From a virus (taxonomy: Duplodnaviria; Caudoviricetes), in the IMG/VR virus record IMGVR_UViG_3300025909_000005: a stretch of DNA of 64,000 nt. One strand, 5' to 3'. Under the pieces are notes generated by a model. The model ran no database searches, had not been told where the DNA came from, and saw nothing but the letters and a program-made list of their open reading frames with translations. A program made the position numbers and the translations under genes. Every line of letters begins with the position of its first letter. Position 1 is the stretch's first letter. Below, one piece after another: positions 17,224-26,848 of the stretch.

Positions 17224-18710
17224 CTGAAGAACCTCTCTACATCACGTCACACACTGACTGGACTCCAGACCTGATCGCTCGGGTCTACAAGGAGATCGAG
17301 AAGATCGCTGTCGAGGAGCTGGAGCTCGACTACTACCCGAACTCGATCGAGATCATCTCGGCCGAGCAGATGCTCGACGCCTACTCGTCCATCGGTCTCC
17401 CGATCCACTACAACCACTGGTCGTTCGGCAAGGACTTCCTCCGCAGCTCCAAGGCGTATGAGTCAGGCCGTCAGGGCCTGGCGTACGAGATCGTGATCAA
17501 CACGAACCCGTGCATCTCGTACCTCATGGAAGAGAACTCGATGCTCATGCAGACGATGGTCATCGCGCACGCTGCGTTCGGCCACAACACCGTCTTCAAG
17601 AACAACGAGTGCTTTAAGCAGTGGACGAATGCAGGCTCGATCGTCGACTACATGATCTTCGCGCGTGACTACATCCGTCAGTGCGAGGAACGGTACGGTG
17701 AGGAAGAGGTCGAGCTCACGCTCGATGCTGCCCACGCACTGGCTGCCCACGGCGTGGACAAGTTCAAGCGCAAGCACCAGCCTCGCCTCAGCGAGGAAGC
17801 CCGTCTGCAGAAGCTCCTGGAGGAAGAGGATACGAAGCAGCGCGAGCTCGACATCATCCTGAAGCGGACGTCGATCAAGCCTGACGTGGACCTCAGCGAG
17901 CACGATGCCGATGACGAGATCGAGGAAGAGGAGAACCTTCTCTACTTCATCATGAAGAACTCGCCGAAGCTGCCTCAGTGGAAGCGGGAAATCCTGCGCA
18001 TCGTCTACAAGGTCAACCAGTACTTCTACCCGCAGGGTCAGACGAAGAACCTGAACGAGGGCATGGCGTCCTTCGTCCACTACTACATCATGACGCGTCT
18101 CGAGGAGAAGGGCTTCATCTCTCCCGACGGCATGATGGCGTTCCTCGAGTCCCACTCAGGCGTCATCTACCAGCCCGAGTACTACCAGAAGTGGTACAGC
18201 GGCATCAACCCGTACAAGCTCGGCTTCGAAATCCTGATGGACGTGAAGCGCATCTGCGAGAACCCAACCGAGGAAGACAAGGAGTGGTTCCCTCAGCTAA
18301 TCGGCAAGCGCTGGCAGGATGCAGTGAAGGAAGCTGCGTTCGAACACCGTGACGATGGCTTCGTGGCGCAGTACCTGTCACCGAAGGTCATTCGTGACCT
18401 AAAGATCTTCACGGTCAAGCTCTCGTACCCAGAAGATGGTGGTGATGAGGACGATGAAATCCCTGGCATCGTCACCGAGATTCATGATGACGTCGGCTAC
18501 CGCAACATCCGCAACGCCCTCGCGAAGAGCATGGAGCGCATCAACCACGTGCCGCAGATCGCAGTGATCGGCGCTGATATGGAAGGGGATCGCACCCTCG
18601 TGCTGAAGTACATGCCGTACGAAGGCCGTCAGCTCGACGTCGCGGAAGCCGAAGAGGTCTCAGACTACATCGACATGCTCTGGGGCTACCAAGTGGAGTT
18701 GAACTGCTGA
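17220..18710 (+). CDS. ycgB: SpoVR/YcgB-family protein
   Basis: IEIISAEQMLDAYSSIGLP, HWSFGKDF, AYEIVIN, HAAFGHN, YFYPQGQTK..NEG.AS. Confidence 0.95.
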   Translation: MTEEPLYITSHTDWTPDLIARVYKEIEKIAVEELELDYYPNSIEIISAEQMLDAYSSIGLPIHYNHWSFGKDFLRSSKAYESGRQGLAYEIVINTNPCISYLMEENSMLMQTMVIAHAAFGHNTVFKNNECFKQWTNAGSIVDYMIFARDYIRQCEERYGEEEVELTLDAAHALAAHGVDKFKRKHQPRLSEEARLQKLLEEEDTKQRELDIILKRTSIKPDVDLSEHDADDEIEEEENLLYFIMKNSPKLPQWKREILRIVYKVNQYFYPQGQTKNLNEGMASFVHYYIMTRLEEKGFISPDGMMAFLESHSGVIYQPEYYQKWYSGINPYKLGFEILMDVKRICENPTEEDKEWFPQLIGKRWQDAVKEAAFEHRDDGFVAQYLSPKVIRDLKIFTVKLSYPEDGGDEDDEIPGIVTEIHDDVGYRNIRNALAKSMERINHVPQIAVIGADMEGDRTLVLKYMPYEGRQLDVAEAEEVSDYIDMLWGYQVELNC

Positions 18711-18931
18711 TGTCAGTTGTGTGGTGGTTCCTCGGTGCCTACGGTCTGCTGTGCATCTTCTTGTGCGGCTATGCCGTAGGCCGTAAGGAGGCTCAAGATG
18801 AATATCTTCTGGAATCTACTCGTCCTGCTCGCGTGCGCGGCTCCGTTCTTGATCGTGCTATTGCTCGCACATTTGCTCGGAGACGACAGGAAACCCGACT
18901 CGGAATCGGACGATCCTCTCGCAAGCGTTAA
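18710..18931 (+). CDS. Small membrane protein
   Basis: N-terminal TM helix, basic tail. Confidence 0.6.
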   Translation: MSVVWWFLGAYGLLCIFLCGYAVGRKEAQDEYLLESTRPARVRGSVLDRAIARTFARRRQETRLGIGRSSRKR

Positions 18932-18984
18932 GGCCAGGATCGAACGTCGAGACAAGTGGAATGGGAGCGGTTGGTAAGAAGTAG

Positions 18985-19012
18985 TGTACATCTCGGGAGA
19001 TGTAGGTATAAT
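18985..19012 (+). promoter_or_regulatory. Early promoter
   Basis: TGTACA-16-TATAAT. Confidence 0.7.
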
Positions 19013-19042
19013 GAACTCATACCAACCCAATCGGAGTTTCTC

Positions 19043-19588
19043 ATGGATTACACGGCCACCAAGATCAAGACGTTCAACGGCATGGAAGGTCGCGGCTACA
19101 ACGCCACGATCTGCCTGAACGGCAAGGCGGTTGCGGAAGTCATCGACGACGCTCACGGCGGCCCGATCATGGTTCACTGGCTCGACTACAAGGGCCCGAA
19201 GGTCGAAGGCGAAATGCGCCAGTTCGGTGAAGACACCCTCGTGAAGCGCACGATGACCGTCAACGAAGCTCGCTTCCATGCGATCCTCAACACGCTGCCG
19301 AAGGTCGAGCACAAGAGCGGCGACTTCTCCTACTGGCCGACGGTCGACATCGCGATGGACGAGATCGTCAACCGCTCGATCACCGCCAAGCGGCTCACCG
19401 CGATGCTCAAGAAGAAGATCGTCTTCATCAAGTCGAAGGCCATCTACACGATCACCCTCGTCGAGCCGATCGAATCGGATCGCGCGCAGGCCTCGATCAA
19501 GCGCCTCAAGGCCGACGGCGTCCAACACATCTTCAACGAGATGAAGTTCGAAGACGCCCTCACGATGGCCTACGACATGGGCTTCTGA
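19043..19588 (+). CDS. Hypothetical early protein
   Basis: SD ggag before ATG 19043; strong phage codon bias. Confidence 0.8.
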   Translation: MDYTATKIKTFNGMEGRGYNATICLNGKAVAEVIDDAHGGPIMVHWLDYKGPKVEGEMRQFGEDTLVKRTMTVNEARFHAILNTLPKVEHKSGDFSYWPTVDIAMDEIVNRSITAKRLTAMLKKKIVFIKSKAIYTITLVEPIESDRAQASIKRLKADGVQHIFNEMKFEDALTMAYDMGF

Positions 19589-19733
19589 TGAACCCGATCT
19601 CCGCAATCTTCCTGCTCATCGCCCTCGCTGGGGCGGTGGGTCAGATCCTCGGCCTCGTCATCTTCATGCTGGTGATGGCTGCAGCTCTGGACATCCTCGA
19701 CGCCGTCTTTGACGAGCTCGAGGATGAGGACGA

Positions 19734-22424
19734 TTAGCGGAGGCGAGCGTTCTCGCGCTTGAGTTTCTCCACCTCGGCGCGCAGCTCCTTCACAGCCTCA
19801 ACCAAGAGAGCGACCATGTTGCCGTAACCAACAGACAGCATGCCGTTCTCGTCTTCCTTCACGACTTCAGGCAGCACGGCCTGCACCTCTTGGGCGATCA
19901 CGCCCACTTGGCGCTTGCCCTTGTGCTCTTCATCTGTACGCGTGTAGGTGTAGCCTGTGATCTGGCCAACCTTGTCAAGCGCGTTTGGAATTGGCACGAG
20001 GTCTGTCTTGATTCGAGCATCAGAGAAAGCAGTGATGTCACCAGACGAGTAGAGCGCAGATGCCGACAGGGTGCCAGTAGAGGACGTAATTGTCACCGCT
20101 GAGCATGAGTATGCCGGCGATGTAGCGCCCGAGAACCAACCAACTGGATAGGCAGTCGAGTCCGTGCGACCCGCGTTGTGGGTAACCGTACCCGCTGTCG
20201 AAGCAGAAGATGCCGATGTCGCCGAACCGGCGGTTGTTGCAGAACCTGCTGTCGTTGCGTAGTTGACTGAGAAGTTGGATGGGTTGTAGACGTAGTGATT
20301 GACACCGTCATTACCACCCCAGAGCCAGCTTGGCTGGTTTCCGCCGACGTTGCCTGCCCAGTTGAAGGTCATTGCGGTGCCGTTGCCACCGCCTTGGGAA
20401 AGTGTGGAGGCCTTCGTTGCAAGCGTCGCAGATGATGCTGAGCCAGCCGAACCGGTGACGTTGATGGACCAGGTGCCAGAGGCGCCGGTGCCTGTGAGAG
20501 TTGGTGAGTACGAGTTGTAGTTGCCGCTGTTCAGGATAGTCGACCAAGCGCCCCACGCGGAGGTCGTGCCCGTGTCGTCGTTGACGCGGAAGATGAGACC
20601 AGATGGTGCAGCTTCTTCTGCGTTCCAGTTGGCTGCTAGCTGCATCGAGCGGACGCCGCCAGGACCGATGGCTTGAAGACCTACGTAGTAGCTTCCAGGG
20701 AAGTCAGTGGAGGTGTATGCGTCGATGCCCGCAATCGAGTTGCTTGGGAACGTCGTTGGACCAGGAGATGCCTGACCATTGATGAACGAGTAGTAGAGCG
20801 TTGGCGTGCCTGTCACGTTCGCGTAGGCAACCGAGTTCGCAGTCGCGGCGGTTGTCGCATTGGTGGCGTTCGTTGCATTCGTGGCGTTGGTAGCCGTTGC
20901 TGCATTTCCCGAGATCGAGATGTTCCACGTACCAGTTGCACCAGTGCCGTCTGTCTTGACAGCGTCAGTGATGCCGAACCCAGCCAGAGTTGTTGGGTTC
21001 GTGCCAGCCGTAACGCGACCCTTCGCATCCGTCGTGACCGACTTGTACGTACCTGCAGTGCCAACGCTCGTGAGAGCCAGACCAGCGGCTGCTGCGTTCG
21101 ATGGGTTCGTGCCATCGGTCGAGGTCATGAGACCACCACCAGCCAAGATGTTTGCGATCAGCACGTTGCTGCTTGTCGTCAGTCCAGCACCGTAGTTGAC
21201 GGAGACCTGACCACCTACGCCAAGCGTGATGCCTGGACCAGCAGAATTGATGACAGGGCCGGAGAAGGCAGTGTACACGATTGCGTCAGTGCCAACTGAC
21301 GCAATCGTGTTCAGCTGTACCCAAGTTGTCTTGGCCTGAGTGGTTCCGCCAGCGAGAACGAAGACGGCTGAGTTGTTCAGCTCGATCGCGTTCGATGCAT
21401 CCGAAGGACGGGACCAGGCGCCTGAAGATACCTGCCAAATACCGTTCTGAGCGGCAGACGTTTGATCCTTGACAAGAACACGGTCACCCTGTGCGAGTGA
21501 CACACCGTCCACGGTCTGCAGACCGGAGAGGGTGAGGTTCGTTGTCGATGCCGCCTTGACAGAACCCACCCAGTGAAGGCCCTGAACAAAGTTGTCGACG
21601 TAGCCCTTCGTGACTAGGTCGCTAGACAGCGTTGGGTCAGCCGCATTCATCGCCTTGAAGCCACCGAGATTCAGCGCCGCAGTCATGGCATTCGTACCAT
21701 CAACGTTGAGCTTCAGCGTGTTCTGTGAAGTGAGGTACGCAGAGAGGGTTGTCGCACCCAAGAACGTGCCGATGCCGTTCAGCTTATTGATGTCGGTAGC
21801 TGGAACGGTGATGCCATCGATCAACGTCTTCTCAGCAGTTGTCAAGTGAATGCCAGGTGAAGTCGACGTGTTGTTGATGTGGGCAGTCAGCGTCGTGTTC
21901 GTTGTTGACGTCGTTGTCTGAAGCGCCGAGATGTCCGAGGTCTGCTGCGCATCAACAGTCGTGATTGCATTCAGTTGCGTCTGGATGTTCGATGTCGTAC
22001 CCGCAACGAAGTTGACGGCAGCTGCCGTGAGTGTGGGCAGGTTCAGAGCATCAAGGAACGTGTTTTGAGCTGATGAAAGGTGAACAGTCGTGTCGGCGAT
22101 GTGGGTCGCCAGGTCAGTGGAGCTCGTCGACTGATTTGACGCCAGCGTTGGAATCGAGTTGATGTCGGCGGCCGTAACCGTGATGGCATCGATGAGGGAG
22201 TTCTGCGCCGATGTCAGGTGCAGCGTTTGATCGGCAATGTGAGCTGCAAGCTGGGCAGCAGTTGCCACGAGGTCCCACCCAGTTCCATTGTAAGAGTAAA
22301 GGCCTTGTCCAGTGTAGTAGAAGAGTTCGCCCTGGTTCGGTGTCGTTGGGAACGTTGTTCCGACCGGCAGCGACGCATTGATGATCGCTGAGCCTTCAAC
22401 GATGGATGGGTTGTCGAGATACAT
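19734..22424 (-). CDS. Tail fibre protein with C-terminal intramolecular chaperone (peptidase S74)
   Basis: Gly/Ser/Thr-rich shaft; GDITAFSDARIKTD cleavage motif; QVGVIAQEV...LSVGYGNMVALLVEAVKEL. Confidence 0.88.
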   Translation of the reverse strand: MYLDNPSIVEGSAIINASLPVGTTFPTTPNQGELFYYTGQGLYSYNGTGWDLVATAAQLAAHIADQTLHLTSAQNSLIDAITVTAADINSIPTLASNQSTSSTDLATHIADTTVHLSSAQNTFLDALNLPTLTAAAVNFVAGTTSNIQTQLNAITTVDAQQTSDISALQTTTSTTNTTLTAHINNTSTSPGIHLTTAEKTLIDGITVPATDINKLNGIGTFLGATTLSAYLTSQNTLKLNVDGTNAMTAALNLGGFKAMNAADPTLSSDLVTKGYVDNFVQGLHWVGSVKAASTTNLTLSGLQTVDGVSLAQGDRVLVKDQTSAAQNGIWQVSSGAWSRPSDASNAIELNNSAVFVLAGGTTQAKTTWVQLNTIASVGTDAIVYTAFSGPVINSAGPGITLGVGGQVSVNYGAGLTTSSNVLIANILAGGGLMTSTDGTNPSNAAAAGLALTSVGTAGTYKSVTTDAKGRVTAGTNPTTLAGFGITDAVKTDGTGATGTWNISISGNAATATNATNATNATNATTAATANSVAYANVTGTPTLYYSFINGQASPGPTTFPSNSIAGIDAYTSTDFPGSYYVGLQAIGPGGVRSMQLAANWNAEEAAPSGLIFRVNDDTGTTSAWGAWSTILNSGNYNSYSPTLTGTGASGTWSINVTGSAGSASSATLATKASTLSQGGGNGTAMTFNWAGNVGGNQPSWLWGGNDGVNHYVYNPSNFSVNYATTAGSATTAGSATSASSASTAGTVTHNAGRTDSTAYPVGWFSGATSPAYSCSAVTITSSTGTLSASALYSSGDITAFSDARIKTDLVPIPNALDKVGQITGYTYTRTDEEHKGKRQVGVIAQEVQAVLPEVVKEDENGMLSVGYGNMVALLVEAVKELRAEVEKLKRENARLR

Positions 22425-22439
22425 GTTCGCCTTTGAAGG

Positions 22440-23033
22440 TTATGGTGTGTAGCCAGCGTCGAAGTTCACGTCGATGGTGCCAAGAGTAGAGCCACCTGAT
22501 GAAGCGGCAATGATGACCTGAATGGCGCCTGTAGCCTCAGACGTGGTGCTTGAATTTGAGATGGACCAGCTTGAGCCGCTGGTGAGCTGAATCCAGCTGC
22601 CATAGTTTCCGTTGAGCGTGCCGCCAGACGCTGGCGTTGTAATCGTTGCCTTCGCCCAGTAGCTCGTGCCGATTGAAGTTGTAGTCGGGCTGTACCAATT
22701 AGTGGTGGTCGTGAGCGATCCGCCATTGCTCCTCTGCGACGATCCATCGCTATTGAGCCTGAAGGTTGCAGATCGAAGACCAGTTGAAGCAGCCGTGTTG
22801 AAAGCTAGCACGCTGAAGGACTGAATGTTGGCTGACGTCTTGGTGATGCCACGAAACTCACCCATTCGAATCGTCCCTGACGATGGAATAGCGGTGCCGT
22901 CAGTTGCAGAGGTTGACTGGCCGGACGGTACATTTGCACCACCCTTGTAGTACTCCGAGAGCGAGATCGGGTTTGAACCACCAAACTCCGTTTGGATTGA
23001 GCTCATGGTGAGATTGGTTGTAGGTGTGGTCAT
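22440..23033 (-). CDS. Tail-fibre partner / putative tip adhesin
   Basis: IQTEFGGSNPISLSEYYKGG N-terminal domain; late TAAATA upstream (23081-23086, minus strand). Confidence 0.6.
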   Translation of the reverse strand: MTTPTTNLTMSSIQTEFGGSNPISLSEYYKGGANVPSGQSTSATDGTAIPSSGTIRMGEFRGITKTSANIQSFSVLAFNTAASTGLRSATFRLNSDGSSQRSNGGSLTTTTNWYSPTTTSIGTSYWAKATITTPASGGTLNGNYGSWIQLTSGSSWSISNSSTTSEATGAIQVIIAASSGGSTLGTIDVNFDAGYTP

Positions 23034-23126
23034 GGGCCTTCGTGAGGATGTGGACCTCACTGCGTGTATGTTACAATTGATATTTATGGGAAGTGTTCTT
23101 GGCCAAGAAGAAGACTAAATAGACGC

Positions 23127-23513
23127 ATGAAACTTACAGATCTACACGAAGCGGGTGGCCTGAAGGCAGCAAAGGCGGCTCACGCTGAGATTGATGCCAA
23201 GATCGGCAACCTCGTTCAGAAGGTTGCTGACACGCTGGAAGCACGCGAGCTCATCGACGATGTAGAAGTTACAGACTTCTCGTTCACTGCCGCAGTTGAC
23301 CACGACGATGATCATGTCGAAGTTGAGTTCACGCCAGAGGGCACTGTCAGCATGAAGCTGCACACCTCACAGCACGGCGACAAGTACGAAGCATCTACCT
23401 CGTTCTCCTGGGAAGGTCGATCTGTCAGGCAGATTGTGGATCAGCTTGCTGAGTTTCTGCATGACGAGATCACGCACCATGACTATGGGCAGCCTGATGG
23501 AGACGACGAGTGA
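23127..23513 (+). CDS. Acidic late protein with MKLTDLHE N-terminus (candidate capsid-internal protein)
   Basis: TAAATA at 23116-23121; shared N-terminal motif. Confidence 0.65.
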   Translation: MKLTDLHEAGGLKAAKAAHAEIDAKIGNLVQKVADTLEARELIDDVEVTDFSFTAAVDHDDDHVEVEFTPEGTVSMKLHTSQHGDKYEASTSFSWEGRSVRQIVDQLAEFLHDEITHHDYGQPDGDDE

Positions 23514-24412
23514 AGCTGCTCGAACTGAAGGAGCCGGTCTCCAGTGGCAAGTCCACCAAGGACATGGGCACGACTCGCGCCTCGAAGGCCGACATCCAAT
23601 CTGCCATCAAGTTCGTGTCGAAGCATGCCGGGATCCCCATTGAGGAGATCAAGCCGAACCTGCTTGGCTCAACCAACAAGACGCTGAGCGGTGCTCAGGA
23701 AGATTCAGGTGACATTGATATCGCTGTTGAGAACGGCCGTCATGGCAAGATGATTGACATCGTCCACAAGATGCTTGACGCCACAGGCACAGATGAGATT
23801 CACCGTGCAGGTGCTGGTGTCTTCTCGTTTGCGGTGCCAGTTCCAGGTGGGCGCAAGGTGCAGGTCGACCTGATGTTTGTGCCCTCTACGAAGTGGGCAC
23901 GCTGGTCCTTCCACTCTGCACCGTCCTCGAAGTACAAGGCGGCTGTCCGCTCCCTGCTGCTCGTCAACATGATGAAGCAGGTCTTTGAGCCAGGCAAGGA
24001 CATCGAAGTCAAGGAGAACGGTGAGACAGTGGCACGAGCACGTCGCAGCTTCAAGGCCGACGTTGGTCTTGAGCGCCTGTTCAAGGTCATGAAGATGCGG
24101 AAGGACGGCAAGGGCCGTACGAAGTCGCTAGCGAAGGTCACACCTGAGGAGCTGCAAGCCGAGCTGACCCGCATGGGTCGCAAGGACAAGTTCGATCCAA
24201 ACCCGGATCCCATCGTGGATCCCGATCAGGCCGCAGAGCTGATGTTTGGTAAGGGTGTGAAGGCAAAGGACGCCATGTCAGTTGAGCAGATCATCGACCT
24301 GATCAAGAAGCGACATGACGCCGAGGAGATCTTCAAGAACACCATGGACGACCTCAAGGACTCAGGCCTTGAGGTACCACCAGAACTTGAGAAGTACCGC
24401 GCTGCGGATTAA
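23510..24412 (+). CDS. Pol-beta-superfamily nucleotidyltransferase-like protein with MKLLELKE N-terminus
   Basis: LLGS...SGDIDIAV (GS, DxD) and KVQVDLMF third Asp. Confidence 0.65.
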   Translation: MKLLELKEPVSSGKSTKDMGTTRASKADIQSAIKFVSKHAGIPIEEIKPNLLGSTNKTLSGAQEDSGDIDIAVENGRHGKMIDIVHKMLDATGTDEIHRAGAGVFSFAVPVPGGRKVQVDLMFVPSTKWARWSFHSAPSSKYKAAVRSLLLVNMMKQVFEPGKDIEVKENGETVARARRSFKADVGLERLFKVMKMRKDGKGRTKSLAKVTPEELQAELTRMGRKDKFDPNPDPIVDPDQAAELMFGKGVKAKDAMSVEQIIDLIKKRHDAEEIFKNTMDDLKDSGLEVPPELEKYRAAD

Positions 24413-25098
24413 GAGCCTTCGTGAGGGTACGAACCAGACGTAATTGAAAGCGTGAAGGTTTCTCTGACCGTGTGTGTCGCGACATCTCTGATTGAGATGG
24501 CAAAGTTGGCAAAGTTGCCAGCGTTTGGAACGGCATCATCGATCGCCGGAATGTGGAACGTAACACCGTTGACCATATTGTGCCAGGTTCCGCCACCTAC
24601 AGGTGGATTGCCAGGGCCATTGTCATAGACGTTTGCGAAGTTGTCGCTGTTGCCAGACCAAAGCATTTCAAAAGCGCCGGTTCCACTGACACCAGACCAA
24701 GTCAACCAGACTGGAGGGCTGCCGGAAAGTCCAGCACCAGAGTCAGACGAGCCATAGATACCGCCGTCGTTGTTCAGGCTGATCTGCGCGTTGCCATTGG
24801 CAGTTGCGCCAATGACCGCACTGCCAGCAACTGAGTACGTGTTGCCTTGAGCTGGATACGTGAAGACCTGATTCGACGTACCGTAGAACATCGAGATCTG
24901 AATCGTGGAGGACGTCGAGATCTGAGCGGGCGACGTTGCAGACAGTGGTGTCGTCGTCTTCGAGCCGGTGCCTGCGGCAGTTCCGCTTGGCACATGCGAG
25001 CCACCGCGGTGGTAGTTGTTCAAGCTAATCGGGTGGCCACCACCGAACTCGGCAGCAATCTCAGCGAGGCTGAGTGAACCGCTTGTCTTGACGCTCAT
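24409..25098 (-). CDS. Tail-fibre partner / putative tip adhesin (paralog of 22440-23033)
   Basis: IAAEFGGGHPISLNNYHRGG N-terminus, divergent C-terminus. Confidence 0.6.
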   Translation of the reverse strand: MSVKTSGSLSLAEIAAEFGGGHPISLNNYHRGGSHVPSGTAAGTGSKTTTPLSATSPAQISTSSTIQISMFYGTSNQVFTYPAQGNTYSVAGSAVIGATANGNAQISLNNDGGIYGSSDSGAGLSGSPPVWLTWSGVSGTGAFEMLWSGNSDNFANVYDNGPGNPPVGGGTWHNMVNGVTFHIPAIDDAVPNAGNFANFAISIRDVATHTVRETFTLSITSGSYPHEGS

Positions 25099-26754
25099 TT
25101 AGTTCTTCTCCGCGAGCTGCGCCTTTAGAGACTCAACTTCAGCACGCAGTTCCTTGATCGCTTCGACCATCAGGCCGGCAAGGTTGCCGTATGCGAGTGA
25201 GAGCAGGCCGTTCTCATTCTCTTGGACAGCTTCTGGAAGAACGGCTTGAACATCTTGAGCAATGAGACCAGTGCCAGCACGACCATCGTCCTTGCGCGTG
25301 TACGTGACGCCATTCAGCGCGTCAACCTTGTCAAGCGCGTTCGTGATTAGAACGATGTTTTCCTTGAGGTTGCGGTCAGAGTAGGCAGTGACGTTGCCCG
25401 TTGCAGTAAGGTTGCCAGCAGAATCGAGACTTAGGGCGGTGGCGTCACTAACGTTGTGCCATTCGAAAGTCGAGTCTGTTCCGAAGACCGTGCTGCCGCC
25501 TGAATTGAAACGCAGGCGATTAGCGCCATCAGAAGATGTCTGCCACGTGTCAACTGTGCCGTAGATGATGGTTGGCTTGCCAGTGACACCAGTCCAAGGA
25601 ACAGAGGCAGCAGAAGCTACAGCGAAGTTCGCTGGGTTCCAGACCTGCATCGTGACGCCGTCGCCGTTGTTACCCCAGACCCAGGCAGGAGTGCCGCCGT
25701 TTCCAGAGTAGCTAAACGTCATGGCGGTGCCGTTGCCGCCCGCTTGTGCAAGCGTCGACGCCTTCGCTGCGAGCGTAGCTGAGTTGGCGCTGTTGGCTGT
25801 TGTTGCCGCTGCAACCGTGAAGTTCAACGGGTTGTACATCGTGGCGACGGTAGAACCAGAGTTCGCAAGACCCCAAACGACGCCAGGCTGGCCGCTATTG
25901 GTGGAGTTGTTGAAGCCGAGCTGTGTGCCGCCGGTCGTCTGACCGCTGCGGATCCAGAGTGCGTTGACCGACTCGGTAGCGTTCGTTGCTGAGTTTGCGG
26001 TGTTGGCGCTGACTGCAGAACCGTTGATGTTGATTGGCCAAGTGGTGCCGAAGTCGGTGCTGTCGACTTGAACGCGGAGCTGACTCGTGCCAGACCAACC
26101 GACGTAGATCTTGTTCGTGAGCTGGCTAGTGCCGCCGCCCTGCTGAACAGGCATGAATGGAAGTTGACCAGTTGTCAGCTGACCCGTCTGGTTCGCGAGG
26201 GTCAGGTAGTACGTTCCATCGCGACCATCAAGCAGGTCAGCATCAAGGCCAGAACCTGAGCCGTCGTTGTTCGCTGCCCAAACCGTGTTGCCAAGCCAGC
26301 GGAGGCCAGTTGTAGAGGATGGGTCGATCGAGAGACCAGTCGTGAGCGAGCCGCCGTTGCCAGTCCAGGTCGAACCCGTACCAATCGTTGCGACGCCGTT
26401 GTTGCCGTCAAAGATGACAGGCTTGTTGACACCACCGGAATCCTGGTTGCCAATAACGAGACGCTGGTTGCCAGACGTAGCAGTGATGCGGAGGAAGCTT
26501 GGCACTTCCAGCTGGCCGAGCATCGTGTCGCCCGCCTTCGCGACGTAGACGCCAGGAGATTGGATCAGGTTCCAGGTCTGAGAAACTTGGTCGCCAAAGG
26601 CAAGAGAATTGGAATCCTGGTTGAAGCCAAACTGATACAGACCTTGACCTGTTCCAGTCGTCAGGTAGAACAGCTCACCATCCGAAGCGGTGGAAGTTGC
26701 TGGGAGAGCGGGACCATAAGGAATGATCGAGCCGCCCGTGAGATTTTTGTTCAT
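25099..26754 (-). CDS. Tail fibre protein with S74 chaperone
   Basis: GNVTAYSDRNLKEN; GLIAQDV...LAYGNLAGLMVEAIKEL; GSGLDADLLDG repeat; late TAAATA at 26787-26792 (minus strand). Confidence 0.88.
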   Translation of the reverse strand: MNKNLTGGSIIPYGPALPATSTASDGELFYLTTGTGQGLYQFGFNQDSNSLAFGDQVSQTWNLIQSPGVYVAKAGDTMLGQLEVPSFLRITATSGNQRLVIGNQDSGGVNKPVIFDGNNGVATIGTGSTWTGNGGSLTTGLSIDPSSTTGLRWLGNTVWAANNDGSGSGLDADLLDGRDGTYYLTLANQTGQLTTGQLPFMPVQQGGGTSQLTNKIYVGWSGTSQLRVQVDSTDFGTTWPININGSAVSANTANSATNATESVNALWIRSGQTTGGTQLGFNNSTNSGQPGVVWGLANSGSTVATMYNPLNFTVAAATTANSANSATLAAKASTLAQAGGNGTAMTFSYSGNGGTPAWVWGNNGDGVTMQVWNPANFAVASAASVPWTGVTGKPTIIYGTVDTWQTSSDGANRLRFNSGGSTVFGTDSTFEWHNVSDATALSLDSAGNLTATGNVTAYSDRNLKENIVLITNALDKVDALNGVTYTRKDDGRAGTGLIAQDVQAVLPEAVQENENGLLSLAYGNLAGLMVEAIKELRAEVESLKAQLAEKN

Positions 26755-26848
26755 GTGTTTGTCCTGGACAGGGATGCTTACGGACCTATTTATGGGTTCG
26801 AGACAAGAACGTTGGATGTTACAATTGTTCATTCAAGTAGGAGCGCAC

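Noticed and set aside
19734-26754. Possible shufflon or invertible fibre cassette
   Set aside because: Both cassettes are on the same strand, with no flanking short inverted sites and no invertase in the window
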